This document shows, piece after piece, positions 25,721-36,648 of a stretch of DNA of 38,420 nt. How positions within the stretch are numbered: position 1 is the first letter of the stretch; every line of letters starts with the position of its first letter. The position numbers and the translations under genes are program-made. The notes under the pieces were generated by a model. It had not been told where the DNA came from. It was given only the letters and a program-made list of their open reading frames with translations, and made no database searches. Source of the stretch: Acidimicrobiia bacterium. Lineage in GTDB: Bacteria; Actinomycetota; Acidimicrobiia; Spongiisociales; UBA5794. The stretch spans positions 1-38,420 of the forward strand of contig JALVQZ010000125.1 of NCBI GenBank assembly GCA_027036355.1, read 5' to 3'.

Positions 25721-25747
25721 TCAAGTGCGCCGGCGCGATGCCGATGA
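25721..25747 (+). promoter_or_regulatory. sigma28-type promoter upstream of cheA
   Basis: cTCAAG..., TCAA-N15-GCCGATGA. Confidence 0.75.
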
Positions 25748-25788
25748 ACCCTGAGAGCCGCAAGGCGCAGACGTGAGAGGGGATTCGG

Positions 25789-28497
25789 GTGTCCTGGAGC
25801 ACTGATCCAGAGCTCCATCGCATGTTCGTCGACGAGATCGCGCAACGGTCGCGAACGCTCGTCGAAGGGGCGGACGCGATCGAGATGGGAGCCGCCGACG
25901 ACGAGTTGGCCGGCTCCATGCTGCGCGAAGGCCACACGATCAAGGGCACGGGCCGGGTCATGGGGTACGAGGCGGTCTCGCTGGCGGGATTGATGCTGGA
26001 GGACGTCTGGCGGTGGATCCACCAGGGCGCCGTCGAGCCGTTCCCGGCACTCGCCGCGGCGCTCCGGAACCTCGCCGAGGCCCTCCCCGATGCCGTCGAC
26101 GATCCCGACCTGCTGGTCGACCCCATGCTGGCGGTCCATGCGGCCTTCGACGGCGTCGACCTCCCCGACGCGTTGCCGCTGCCGCTCCGCGACGACGCGA
26201 ACGAGGCGACCCAGGACGCCGACGACGGCGATGGGGCGGTCGTGATCCCGTTCGAGCCGCGCGCGGCCGCCGTCGCCGAGGAACCGGCCGGCGGCGTTGA
26301 TGACGGCGAGGAGCCCGCCGTCGCCGTCGAGGATGCCGACCGGCTCGACGAGCCGGAGGACGATGCGGTCGATCCGGAGGCTGCGGCCGCCCTCGAGTCG
26401 CTCGAGGGACTCGCCGAGATCCAGGAGGAACCCGATGAGGTCGTCGACGAAGTCGACGGCGACGTCGCCTCGGCGGCGGGGGACCGGGACGCGGAGGACG
26501 ACGACCAGGACGCGGGGGAGGAGGACCGAGCCGCGGAGGACGGCGAGGAAGGCGACGCCGACGAGGCGGCCGCCGACGTCGTCGAAGAGCCCGTCCCGTC
26601 GGAACCCGAGCACGTCGCCGCGGCCGTGGACGAGCCGCGGGACGTCGTCCACCACGAGGCCTCCGGTGCGTTCCTCGAGTTCAGCGTCGAGGCCGTCGGA
26701 CCCGAGCCCCGCCCGGTCATCGAAGTGGACATCGAACATGCCCCCGTCGAGTTCGACCCCGAATGGGACCTCGACCCCGTCCCCGAGCCCGCCGGCTTGG
26801 CCGTGTTCGACCCCGACGACCGGCAGGACGGGGCGCCGGTCGCCGACGTCGAGATCGCCGAGAGGGTCGCCCCGGCGCACGCCCCCGACCTCGGCGGGCT
26901 CCTCGGAGCGCTCGAGACGTGGGCCAGCGCCGAGTCCGTGGTCGTCAAGGCCGGCCAGCTGTACCGCATGATCAACGAGCTGGCAGGGGTGAGCCTCGAG
27001 CTGGAGGCCGCCTCCAAGCGGGCCGACGCCCTCGTCGCCCTCACCTCGGGAACGACCGTCGGCGAGGACACCGCCGAGATCGCGGCGGCGCTGCGCACCC
27101 TGGTCGAGACCACCAGGACGCTGGAAGACGAGGCGCTGGACCTGGCCTCCGTCAAGCTGTCGACCGTCACCAGCACCCTCCCCCAGCTCGCCCGCTACCT
27201 GGGCAAGAAGACCGGCAAGGCGGTCGCCCTCGAGCTCGTCGGCGACGACGTCCTCGTCGACCGGCAGATCGCCGACCGGATCGGCGAACCGATCCGCCAT
27301 CTCGTCGTCAACGCCATCGCCCACGGGATCGAGCTCCCCGACGTGCGAACCGAGCGCGGCAAGCCCCCCACCGGCTCGATCTCCGTCCACGTCGCCGTCG
27401 AGGAAGGCAAGCTCATCGTCGAGGTCGCCGACGACGGCGCCGGGATCGACTGGGGCGCGGTCGCCGAGCGGGCCCAGGCCGAGGGTCTCGCCGGCGACGA
27501 CGCCGGCGAGGAGGAGCTCCGCAGCGTCCTCACCAAGGACGGGTTCTCCACCAGCCCGCAGCTCGACGACCTGGCCGGCGACGGCACGGGATTGGCCAAG
27601 GTCCGGGCCGTCACCGAGGAGCTCTACGGGACGTTCACGATCGAGTCGGATCCCGACCAGGGCACCATCGTCACCCTCACCGTGCCCACCCATCGCGCCC
27701 TCCAGAAGGCGCTGGTCGTCCGCGCCGGCCGCCAGCACTGGGGCGTCCCCGAGACGGCAGTGGACGCGGTCATGCCCCTCGGCGCGGCCCATGCCTCGGT
27801 GGTCGCCGGCGGATCCAAGATGGTGTGGAAGGCCAAGGAGATCCCCGTCGTCTTGTTCGCCACCCTGGTCGGCACCGAACCGTCGGGCCTGCCGACCCAT
27901 CTCGTCATCGTGTCCGCCCCCACCGGAGCGATCGCGGTCGGCGTGGAAGAGCTGATCGGTTCCCGCGAGGTCGCCGCCAAGGAGCTCGGTCCCCTCGTCA
28001 GCGGACCCGACTTCGTCACGGGCGCCGCCCTGCTCGGCGGCGACGAGGTGGTGCTCCTCGTCGACGCCGCCCGCCTGGCCGAACGCCACAGCGTCGTGGA
28101 AGCCAAGCCGATCGGGCCGATCCGGAGCATCCTCATCGTCGACGACTCGAAGGGCGTGCAGGAGGTCCTGGCGGCGGCGCTCAGCTCGAGCGGCTTCGCC
28201 ACCTACACGACCGGGTCGGTCTCCGAGGCGCTCAAGGTGCTCGCCGTGCGCGACATCGACGCCATCGTGGTCGACTTCTCGATGCCCCGAGCGGACGGGG
28301 TCGCGCTGGTGCACATGGTCCGAGGTCGCTTCGGTGCCATCCCGATCGTGATGCTGTCGGGCGTCGCCACCGACGAGGACCGGAAGCGGGCGGAGGAGGC
28401 CGGTGTCGACGCGTTCTTCGACAAGGCCGACTTCAGGGAGGGCGTCCTCGCCGAGACGCTGCGAGAGCTGATCGAACGGGCGGAAACCGCCGGGTAG
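25789..28497 (+). CDS. cheA: CheA-like chemosensory kinase with C-terminal receiver (HPT-acidic linker-dimerisation-HATPase-CheW-REC)
   Basis: REGHTIKG (HPT), HLVVNAIAHGIE, DDGAGID, GFST, CheW-like domain, and IVDDS...VDFSMP...K. Confidence 0.9.
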   Translation: MSWSTDPELHRMFVDEIAQRSRTLVEGADAIEMGAADDELAGSMLREGHTIKGTGRVMGYEAVSLAGLMLEDVWRWIHQGAVEPFPALAAALRNLAEALPDAVDDPDLLVDPMLAVHAAFDGVDLPDALPLPLRDDANEATQDADDGDGAVVIPFEPRAAAVAEEPAGGVDDGEEPAVAVEDADRLDEPEDDAVDPEAAAALESLEGLAEIQEEPDEVVDEVDGDVASAAGDRDAEDDDQDAGEEDRAAEDGEEGDADEAAADVVEEPVPSEPEHVAAAVDEPRDVVHHEASGAFLEFSVEAVGPEPRPVIEVDIEHAPVEFDPEWDLDPVPEPAGLAVFDPDDRQDGAPVADVEIAERVAPAHAPDLGGLLGALETWASAESVVVKAGQLYRMINELAGVSLELEAASKRADALVALTSGTTVGEDTAEIAAALRTLVETTRTLEDEALDLASVKLSTVTSTLPQLARYLGKKTGKAVALELVGDDVLVDRQIADRIGEPIRHLVVNAIAHGIELPDVRTERGKPPTGSISVHVAVEEGKLIVEVADDGAGIDWGAVAERAQAEGLAGDDAGEEELRSVLTKDGFSTSPQLDDLAGDGTGLAKVRAVTEELYGTFTIESDPDQGTIVTLTVPTHRALQKALVVRAGRQHWGVPETAVDAVMPLGAAHASVVAGGSKMVWKAKEIPVVLFATLVGTEPSGLPTHLVIVSAPTGAIAVGVEELIGSREVAAKELGPLVSGPDFVTGAALLGGDEVVLLVDAARLAERHSVVEAKPIGPIRSILIVDDSKGVQEVLAAALSSSGFATYTTGSVSEALKVLAVRDIDAIVVDFSMPRADGVALVHMVRGRFGAIPIVMLSGVATDEDRKRAEEAGVDAFFDKADFREGVLAETLRELIERAETAG

Positions 28498-28548
28498 CCG
28501 CTTCCCGGCGCCGGGTGACATCGATGTAGTTCGCCGGCGGAGCTTCGG

Positions 28549-28554
28549 TACACT
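28549..28554 (+). promoter_or_regulatory. Housekeeping -10 box, near-leaderless pcrA
   Basis: TACACT 8 nt before ATG; no SD. Confidence 0.45.
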
Positions 28555-28562
28555 CGGTGGCC

Positions 28563-30740
28563 ATGCCCGAGTCCGCCCTCCTGGAGAACCTCAACCCTGC
28601 CCAACGGGAGGCGGTCGCCGCGGTCGACGGTCCGGTGCTCGTCGTCGCCGGAGCGGGTTCGGGCAAGACCCGCGTGCTCACCCATCGGATCGCCCACCTG
28701 ATCCGCGACGTCGGCGTGTCGCCCTACTCGATCCTCGCCATCACGTTCACGAACAAGGCGGCGACCGAGATGAAGGACCGGGTCGCCGCCCTCGTCGGGC
28801 CGGTCGCCAACGACATGTGGGTGTCGACCTTCCACAGCGCCTGCGCCCGCATCCTCCGCCGGGAGGCGCCCAAGCTCGGGTACCGGTCGTCGTTCTCGAT
28901 CTACGACGAGTCGGACGCGCTGCGGCTCGTGACGATGTGCGTCAAGGACCTCGACATGGACCCGAAACGGTTCCCGCCCCGGTCGATCCGAGCCACCATC
29001 TCGAACGCCAAGAACGAGTTGATCGACTACGAGACGTTCGCCGGCAGCGACAGCGGCTTCTACCACGAGAAGGTCGCCGACGTGTACCGCCTCTACCAGC
29101 AGCGCCTCGTCGAAGCCTCGGCGTTGGACTTCGACGACATCTTGATGCTGACCGTCGAGGTGTTCCAAGCCTTCCCTGAGGTGCTCACCACCTATCAGGA
29201 ACGGTTCCGGTACCTGCTCGTCGACGAGTACCAGGACACGAACCACGCGCAGTACCTGTTCGTCAAGCTCCTCGCCGACGTCCACCGCAACGTCTGCGTC
29301 GTCGGAGACCAGGACCAGTCGATCTACCGGTTCCGCGGGGCGGACCTGCGCAACATCGTGGAGTTCGAACGCGACTATCCCGACGCCAAGGTGGTGCGCC
29401 TCGAGCAGAACTACCGGTCGACCCAGACGATCCTCGACGCCGCCAACGCGGTGATCGACCACAACCGGCAACGGAAACCGAAACGTCTGTGGACCGACCG
29501 CGGCTCGGGGGAGCGGATCGCCACCTACGAGGGTCAGGACGAACACGACGAGGCCGCGTTCGTCGCCGAGGAGGTGCAGCTCCTCGAGCAGCGGGGGATC
29601 CGCCTCTCCGACATCGCCGTGTTCTACCGGACCAACGCCCAGAGTCGCGTCCTGGAAGAGCTGTTCGTGCGCTTCGGGCTGCCGTATCAGGTCGTCGGCG
29701 GATTGAAGTACTACGACCGTCGCGAGGTCAAGGACGTCCTGTCGTACCTCAGAGCCATCGTGAACCCGGACGACCAGGTGGCCTTGAAGCGGATCATCAA
29801 CGTGCCGAAGCGTTCCATCGGCGACACCACCGTCGGACACGTCGACCGCCACGCCCAAGCCGCGGCGATCGGGTTCATGGAGGCGCTCCGGCAGGCCGGC
29901 GACAACGCCCGGTTGACGAGCCGTGCGCAACGCTCCATCGCCGGGTTCGTCGAGCTGATGGATCACCTCCGGCAGCGAGCCGTCGACGGTCCGAGAGCGG
30001 CCATCGAGGCCGTCCTCGACGCCACGGGCTACATGGACATGATCCGGTCGGAACGCACGATCGAGGCCCTGGGACGGCAGGAGAACCTGGAGGAGCTGGT
30101 CTCGGCCGTCGCCGAGTTCGAGGAGACCGGACCGGCGTCTCTGGGCGCCGAGCAGTGGGCCGAGATGGGCGGGATCGACAAGCTCGGCATGTTCCTCGAG
30201 TCCGTGAGCCTGGTCACCGACGTCGACGCCATGGAGAACGACGAGAAGGTCACGCTGATGACGTTGCACAACGCGAAGGGTCTCGAGTTCCCCATCGTGT
30301 TCATCACCGGGATGGAGGACGGCGTGTTCCCCCACATGCGTGCGCTCGGCGATCCCGACGAACTGGAGGAGGAACGCCGGCTCTGTTACGTCGGGATGAC
30401 CCGGGCCGAGGACCGGCTGTACCTGACCCGGGCCTGGAGCCGGAACCTGTACGGGCAGAACCACTACAACGGGCCGAGCCGGTTCCTCTCGGAGATCCCC
30501 GACCATCTGATGATCGAGACCGAACGCGATCGGCGCCGCCGGTCCGCCGCGGCCGAGCCGAAGGCGACCGTCTCGGCGGGCGAGATCACCGTCGGCGACC
30601 GGGTCCGCCACACCCACTGGGGGTTGGGCACCGTCTCGGAGATCGCCGGAGGCGGCGACCGGGCCGAGGCGATCGTCGTCTTCGACGACCAAGGCTCCAA
30701 ACGCCTCCTCCTCGCCTGGGCCCCCTTGGAGAAGGCCTGA
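28563..30740 (+). CDS. pcrA: DNA helicase PcrA/UvrD
   Basis: AGAGSGKT, DEYQDTN, YRTNAQSR, HNAKGLEF, EERRLCYVGMTRA and C-terminal Tudor-like domain. Confidence 0.96.
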   Translation: MPESALLENLNPAQREAVAAVDGPVLVVAGAGSGKTRVLTHRIAHLIRDVGVSPYSILAITFTNKAATEMKDRVAALVGPVANDMWVSTFHSACARILRREAPKLGYRSSFSIYDESDALRLVTMCVKDLDMDPKRFPPRSIRATISNAKNELIDYETFAGSDSGFYHEKVADVYRLYQQRLVEASALDFDDILMLTVEVFQAFPEVLTTYQERFRYLLVDEYQDTNHAQYLFVKLLADVHRNVCVVGDQDQSIYRFRGADLRNIVEFERDYPDAKVVRLEQNYRSTQTILDAANAVIDHNRQRKPKRLWTDRGSGERIATYEGQDEHDEAAFVAEEVQLLEQRGIRLSDIAVFYRTNAQSRVLEELFVRFGLPYQVVGGLKYYDRREVKDVLSYLRAIVNPDDQVALKRIINVPKRSIGDTTVGHVDRHAQAAAIGFMEALRQAGDNARLTSRAQRSIAGFVELMDHLRQRAVDGPRAAIEAVLDATGYMDMIRSERTIEALGRQENLEELVSAVAEFEETGPASLGAEQWAEMGGIDKLGMFLESVSLVTDVDAMENDEKVTLMTLHNAKGLEFPIVFITGMEDGVFPHMRALGDPDELEEERRLCYVGMTRAEDRLYLTRAWSRNLYGQNHYNGPSRFLSEIPDHLMIETERDRRRRSAAAEPKATVSAGEITVGDRVRHTHWGLGTVSEIAGGGDRAEAIVVFDDQGSKRLLLAWAPLEKA

Positions 30741-30836
30741 GGGGGCGGGTCCCGACGGAGCCCTGGACGCCGGAGCGGAATGCGCGCCGTCGGGCAGGGT
30801 TGTCGTCTTCGATGGAGGCGAGCGATAAGGAGCATC

Positions 30837-31481
30837 ATGACCCTGCGTGAGAAGCTGGAAGCCCGCAAGGCGGCCTCCGCCGACAGGACCCCTGACCATG
30901 TCAAGGCCGTGATGGGCCGGTCACTCGAAGCGCTCCGGCACTCGGGGATCGTGGGACGGGCGCTGGCGGTCGGGGACGAAGCCCCCGATTTCACGCTCCC
31001 GAACGCCACCGGCGAGCCCGTGCACCTCGCCGAGCTGCTCGCCGCGGGACCGGTCGTGATCTCGTTCTACCGCGGCGGCTGGTGCCCGTACTGCAACCTG
31101 GAGCTGGCCGCCCTCCAGGAGGCCGTCGCCGACCTCGAGGCCGCCGGCGCCGGTCTCGTCGCCATCTCTCCCAACCTGCCGGACGAGTCGCTGACCACCG
31201 CCGAACGCCACGCGCTGACGTTCCCGGTCCTGTCGGATGTCGGCAACGTCGTCGCCCGCCGGTTCGGCCTCGTCTTCGAGGTGCCCGACGACCTCGAGGC
31301 CGTGTACCGGGCCATGGGCCACGACATCGGCAAGGCCAACGGCGCCGATCGCTGGGAGATCCCCCTCCCGGCCACCTACGTCGTCGACCCCGGCGGCACG
31401 ATCCGTTTCGCCTTCGTCGACGCCGACTACCGCCTTCGCGCCGAGCCCGCCGACGTCATCGAGATCCTCCAGACCCTCTGA
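30837..31481 (+). CDS. Peroxiredoxin-like (AhpC/TSA family) protein
   Basis: APDFTLP, FYRGGWCPYCNLEL; AAGGAG SD. Confidence 0.9.
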   Translation: MTLREKLEARKAASADRTPDHVKAVMGRSLEALRHSGIVGRALAVGDEAPDFTLPNATGEPVHLAELLAAGPVVISFYRGGWCPYCNLELAALQEAVADLEAAGAGLVAISPNLPDESLTTAERHALTFPVLSDVGNVVARRFGLVFEVPDDLEAVYRAMGHDIGKANGADRWEIPLPATYVVDPGGTIRFAFVDADYRLRAEPADVIEILQTL

Positions 31482-31578
31482 CGGGCGGCGGCGGCCCGTC
31501 GACGGGTCGGGGTCGTCGTGGTTCGCGAGGGGGGAATCCTCCGCAGAAGGCTCCCTGTCGCCCTACCATCGTCACACC

Positions 31579-33015
31579 ATGGTCCAACGTTCTCTGCCGG
31601 TCATCATCCAGGGAGGGATGGGCGCCGGCGTTTCCGACTGGCGCCTGGCCCGCGCCGTCGCCTCGCTCGGCCACCTCGGGGTCGTCTCCGGTACCGCCAT
31701 CGACACGATCTTCGTCAGGCGCCTCCAACAGGGCGACCCTGGCGGGCACATGCGCCGCGGCCTGGCCGCGTTCCCCATCCCCGACATGGCCGCCGAGATC
31801 CTCGACCGGTACTTCATCGAAGGCGGCAAGGACCCATCCGCGCGCTTCAAGACCAAGCCCATGTTCTCGGTCGACATCCCACGACCTCTCGAGGAGCTCA
31901 CCGTCGTCGCCAACTTCGTCGAGGTGTACCTGGCCAAGGAAGGACACGACGGCCCGGTCGGGGTCAACTACCTCGAGAAGGTCCAGATCCCGACCCTCCC
32001 GTCCCTGTTCGGGGCGATGCTCGCCGGGGTCGACTACGTGCTCATGGGAGCGGGCATCCCGAAGTTCATCCCCGGGATCATGGATTCCCTCGCCGCCGGT
32101 CGTCCCGTCGAGCTGAAGCTCGACGTCAAGGGCACCGACCGCGGCGAGTCCGTCGTGACCACCTTCGATCCGGCCCCGTACATCGGTGCGGGCGCGCCGC
32201 TGCCGCACCGGGGCCGGTTCATCGCTATCATCGCCTCCCACATCCTCGGCACCATGCTGGCCAAGAAGGCCGACCCGCCCGTCGACGGGTTCGTCATCGA
32301 AGGACCCACGGCAGGCGGCCACAACGCCCCGCCTCGCGGCAAGCTCGTTCTCGGCGAGACCGGCGAGCCGCTGTACGGCGAACGGGACGTCGTCGATCTG
32401 GGGGTCATGCGTGAGCTGGGGCTCCCGTTCTGGCTCGCCGGCGGCTACGCCGAGCCGGACAAGGTCGCCGAGGCGCTGGCCGAAGGCGCGGCCGGGGTGC
32501 AGGTCGGGACCGCGTTCGCCTACTGCGAGGAATCGGGGTTCACCGCCGACATCAAGGCCGAGGTGCTCCGCCGCTCCATCGAAGGCACGGCCCGCATCTT
32601 CACCGATCCCGTCGCCTCCCCGACCGGCTTCCCGTTCAAGGTCGTCCCCCTCGAGGGCACGATGTCCGAAGACGACGTGTACGCCGAACGCACCCGGGTC
32701 TGCGATCTCGGGTACCTGCGGAGCCCGTACAAGAAGGACGACGGTTCCGTCGGGTGGCGGTGCCCCGCCGAGCCGGTCGGCCACTTCGTCCGCAAAGGTG
32801 GCAGCGAAGCCGAAACGGTCGGCCGCAAGTGCCTGTGCAACGCGCTCATGACCAACATCGGTCTCGGGCAGATCCGTCGCGACGGCGCGAGGGAGAAGCC
32901 GCTCATCACCTCCGGCGATGACGTCGCCCACGTGGCCCGCTTCCTCCGTCCCGGGCAGACGACCTACACCGCCGCCGACGTCGTCGCCTACCTCATGGCC
33001 GACGTCCTCGTCTGA
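31579..33015 (+). CDS. Nitronate monooxygenase (2-nitropropane dioxygenase) family protein
   Basis: [39 protein letters not shown]; TACCAT -10 box at 31564. Confidence 0.88.
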   Translation: MVQRSLPVIIQGGMGAGVSDWRLARAVASLGHLGVVSGTAIDTIFVRRLQQGDPGGHMRRGLAAFPIPDMAAEILDRYFIEGGKDPSARFKTKPMFSVDIPRPLEELTVVANFVEVYLAKEGHDGPVGVNYLEKVQIPTLPSLFGAMLAGVDYVLMGAGIPKFIPGIMDSLAAGRPVELKLDVKGTDRGESVVTTFDPAPYIGAGAPLPHRGRFIAIIASHILGTMLAKKADPPVDGFVIEGPTAGGHNAPPRGKLVLGETGEPLYGERDVVDLGVMRELGLPFWLAGGYAEPDKVAEALAEGAAGVQVGTAFAYCEESGFTADIKAEVLRRSIEGTARIFTDPVASPTGFPFKVVPLEGTMSEDDVYAERTRVCDLGYLRSPYKKDDGSVGWRCPAEPVGHFVRKGGSEAETVGRKCLCNALMTNIGLGQIRRDGAREKPLITSGDDVAHVARFLRPGQTTYTAADVVAYLMADVLV

Positions 33016-33026
33016 GACGTCCATCG

Positions 33027-33425
33027 ATGTACCTCGCCGCCCTCGCCATGGTCGTCGGCGGGGCGTTCGTCGTCGCCGTCGGGCGGCGAGCCACGTCGGG
33101 CCGTCTCCCACGCGACGGTCACGGCGGCATCCGGACCAGGGTCACGACCCTGTCGGACGACACGTGGTACCCGTCCCAACGCATCGCCGGTCCGTGGATC
33201 GTCGCCTCCGGAGTGGCCATCGCCTTCGGGGGAGCGATCATCTTCGTGGCTCGACCCGACGACGACACCGGGCTGACCGTCGCGGCGTCGGCCGCGTTGA
33301 TCGCCGGGGTCGCCGCCCTCGTCGGGGCGTTGCTCGCCGGCAGGGTGGCCCACGGCGTCGTCGAGGCGTCGCCGGCCGCGGGCGACCAGGCTCGGCCGGA
33401 TCGGCCGGGGGAGTCGGTGAACTAG
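33027..33425 (+). CDS. SdpI/YhfL family membrane protein
   Basis: GIRT..T..SDD.W...RIAG motif between TM helices. Confidence 0.7.
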   Translation: MYLAALAMVVGGAFVVAVGRRATSGRLPRDGHGGIRTRVTTLSDDTWYPSQRIAGPWIVASGVAIAFGGAIIFVARPDDDTGLTVAASAALIAGVAALVGALLAGRVAHGVVEASPAAGDQARPDRPGESVN

Positions 33426-33436
33426 CCTGGGGCGCC

Positions 33437-33861
33437 ATGCCGCCTCGAGTGCTCATCGCCAAGCCCGGGCTCGACGGCCACGACCGTGGAGCGAAGGTCG
33501 TCGCCCGCGCCTTGCGCGACGCCGGATGTGAGGTGATCTACTCCGGCCTCCACCAGACCCCCGAGCAGATCGCCGAGACGGCGATCCAGGAGGACGTCGC
33601 CGCGGTGGGCCTCTCGACGCTCTCGGGCGCCCACCTCGTCCTGTTCCCGAAGGTCGTCGAGGCGCTCGCCGAGCGCGGCGCGGACGACATCATCGTGTTC
33701 GGCGGCGGGGTCATCCCCGACCCCGACATCGCCGTCCTCAAGGAGGCGGGCATCGCCGAGGTGTTCACCCCCGGCACGTCGCTCGAGACGATCCAGCGGT
33801 GGGTCGTCGAACATCTCGAAGGTCGAGACACGGCCGAGGCAGGGCCAGAAGGAGAGACAGC

Positions 33862-33865
<4 letters not shown>
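33437..33865 (+). CDS. Cobalamin-binding domain subunit of acyl-CoA (methylmalonyl/isobutyryl-CoA) mutase
   Basis: [24 protein letters not shown]; TAGCCT -10 box at 33423. Confidence 0.92.
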
Positions 33866-35081
<1,216 letters not shown>

Positions 35082-35085
<4 letters not shown>

Positions 35086-36011
35086 GCATCTTGGTGGGAC
35101 ATGCAACGAAGGTCATCGTGCAGGGACTCGGTCGGACCGGACGGTTCCACACCGACAAGGCCATCGCCTACGGCACCACGATCGTCGGTGCGGTGCATCC
35201 GAGCCGAGCCGGCGAGGTCGAGGTGTTCGAAGGAGAGACCGACCATTCCGGCGTCCCGGATCGGCCCGACACCTACCGGGTCGAGGTCCCCATCTTCCGC
35301 AGCGTCGCCGACGCGATGGCGGCGACCGGCGCAGACGCATCCGTGGTGTACGTGCCGCCGCCCTTCGCCGCCGACGCGATCATGGAGGCCGCCGACGCCG
35401 GCATGCCGCTGGTGATCACCATCACCGAAGGGATCCCGGTGGCCGACATGGTCGTCGCCAAGCGCTACCTCGAAGGCAGGGACACCCGGCTGGTCGGACC
35501 GAACTGCCCGGGGGTCATCACGCCCCGTGAGTGCAAGATCGGGATCATGCCCGGGTACATCCACACGCCGGGCCGGATCGGGGTCGTGAGCCGTTCGGGG
35601 ACCCTGACCTACGAGGCCGTGTACCAGCTCACCCAGAACGGCCTGGGTCAGACGACCGCCGTCGGCATCGGCGGTGACCCCGTCAACGGGACCGACTTCG
35701 TCGACGTCCTGGCGCTGTTCAACGACGATCCCGCCACCGAGGGCGTCATCATGATCGGCGAGATCGGTGGCACGGCCGAGGAGGAAGCAGCCGCCTGGAT
35801 CGCCGCGAACATGACGAAGCCGGTGGCCGGCTTCATCGCCGGGACGACGGCGCCCCCCGGCAAGCGGATGGGCCATGCCGGGGCGATCATCTCGGGCGGG
35901 AAGGGCACGGCGGAAGCCAAGATCGAGGCGTTGGAGGCGGCCGGAGTCGTCATGGCGCCGACGCCGACCGACATGGGTCAGGCGATGGCAGAGGCGTTGG
36001 AGCGGGCATGA
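35082..36011 (+). CDS. sucD: Succinyl-CoA synthetase alpha subunit
   Basis: [26 protein letters not shown]. Confidence 0.96.
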
Positions 36012-36024
36012 AGCCGTTGGCCCG

Positions 36025-36627
36025 GTGACCGAGCTCGTCACCGGACTGACGCTCGGGCTGGCGGCCGGTCTCGCTCCCGGTCCGCTCCAGGGCCTGATCG
36101 TGACGACGACCCTCCATCGCGGGTTCGGGGCCGGGTGGCGGGTCGCGATCGCGCCGTTGCTGACCGACGTGGTCATCGTCTCGTTGTCGGTCGCCGTGCT
36201 GTCGGTCCTTCCCGACGCGGTCCTCGTCGGGCTGACCGTCGTCGGAGGTGGGCTGCTGGTGGGTCTCGGCGCGGTCGAGCTCGTCAGGTCGCGCAGGCCC
36301 CTCCCGCCGGGCGACGCCGGGGGGTCGTCGAAGGACCTCGCGGCCGGGGCGCTCGTCAACGTGACCAATCCGCACGCCTGGCTGTTCTGGGTGACCGCCG
36401 GCGGGCCGTTGCTGATCAGGCTCTACCGCGCCTCCCCGCCGACGGCGGTCGGGTTCCTGGCGGCGTTCTACGTGGCCCTCGTGGGCTCGAAGGTGGGCCT
36501 GGCGGCCGTCGTCGCCGCCGTCCGCCACCAGCTCGGGGATCGCTCCCGCCGCAGGCTCCTCGCCGCCGGGGGGCTGTTGCTCATCGCCGGCGGGGTGCTC
36601 ATCGTGGCCGGGGGGATGTCGGGTTGA
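36025..36627 (+). CDS. LysE family translocator
   Basis: PGP motif, NVTNPHAWLFW; about six TMs. Confidence 0.8.
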   Translation: MTELVTGLTLGLAAGLAPGPLQGLIVTTTLHRGFGAGWRVAIAPLLTDVVIVSLSVAVLSVLPDAVLVGLTVVGGGLLVGLGAVELVRSRRPLPPGDAGGSSKDLAAGALVNVTNPHAWLFWVTAGGPLLIRLYRASPPTAVGFLAAFYVALVGSKVGLAAVVAAVRHQLGDRSRRRLLAAGGLLLIAGGVLIVAGGMSG

Positions 36628-36648
36628 CCGACCGTTGTCGAGGAGGGC

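Noticed and set aside
30807-30836. ATGGA and AAGGA in the peroxiredoxin leader as CsrA sites
   Set aside because: Stems are only 2-3 bp and one motif is simply the SD; kept as a caveat on background frequency
11400-30899. Very long antisense or alternate-frame ORFs (e.g. 11400-14285, 17698-20088, 23649-27176, 25627-28521, 28203-30899)
   Set aside because: They shadow well-supported genes, have no motifs, and are expected from stop-codon scarcity at high GC
31480-31506. Intrinsic terminator after the peroxiredoxin gene
   Set aside because: GC-rich hairpin without a U-tract; not distinguishable from background
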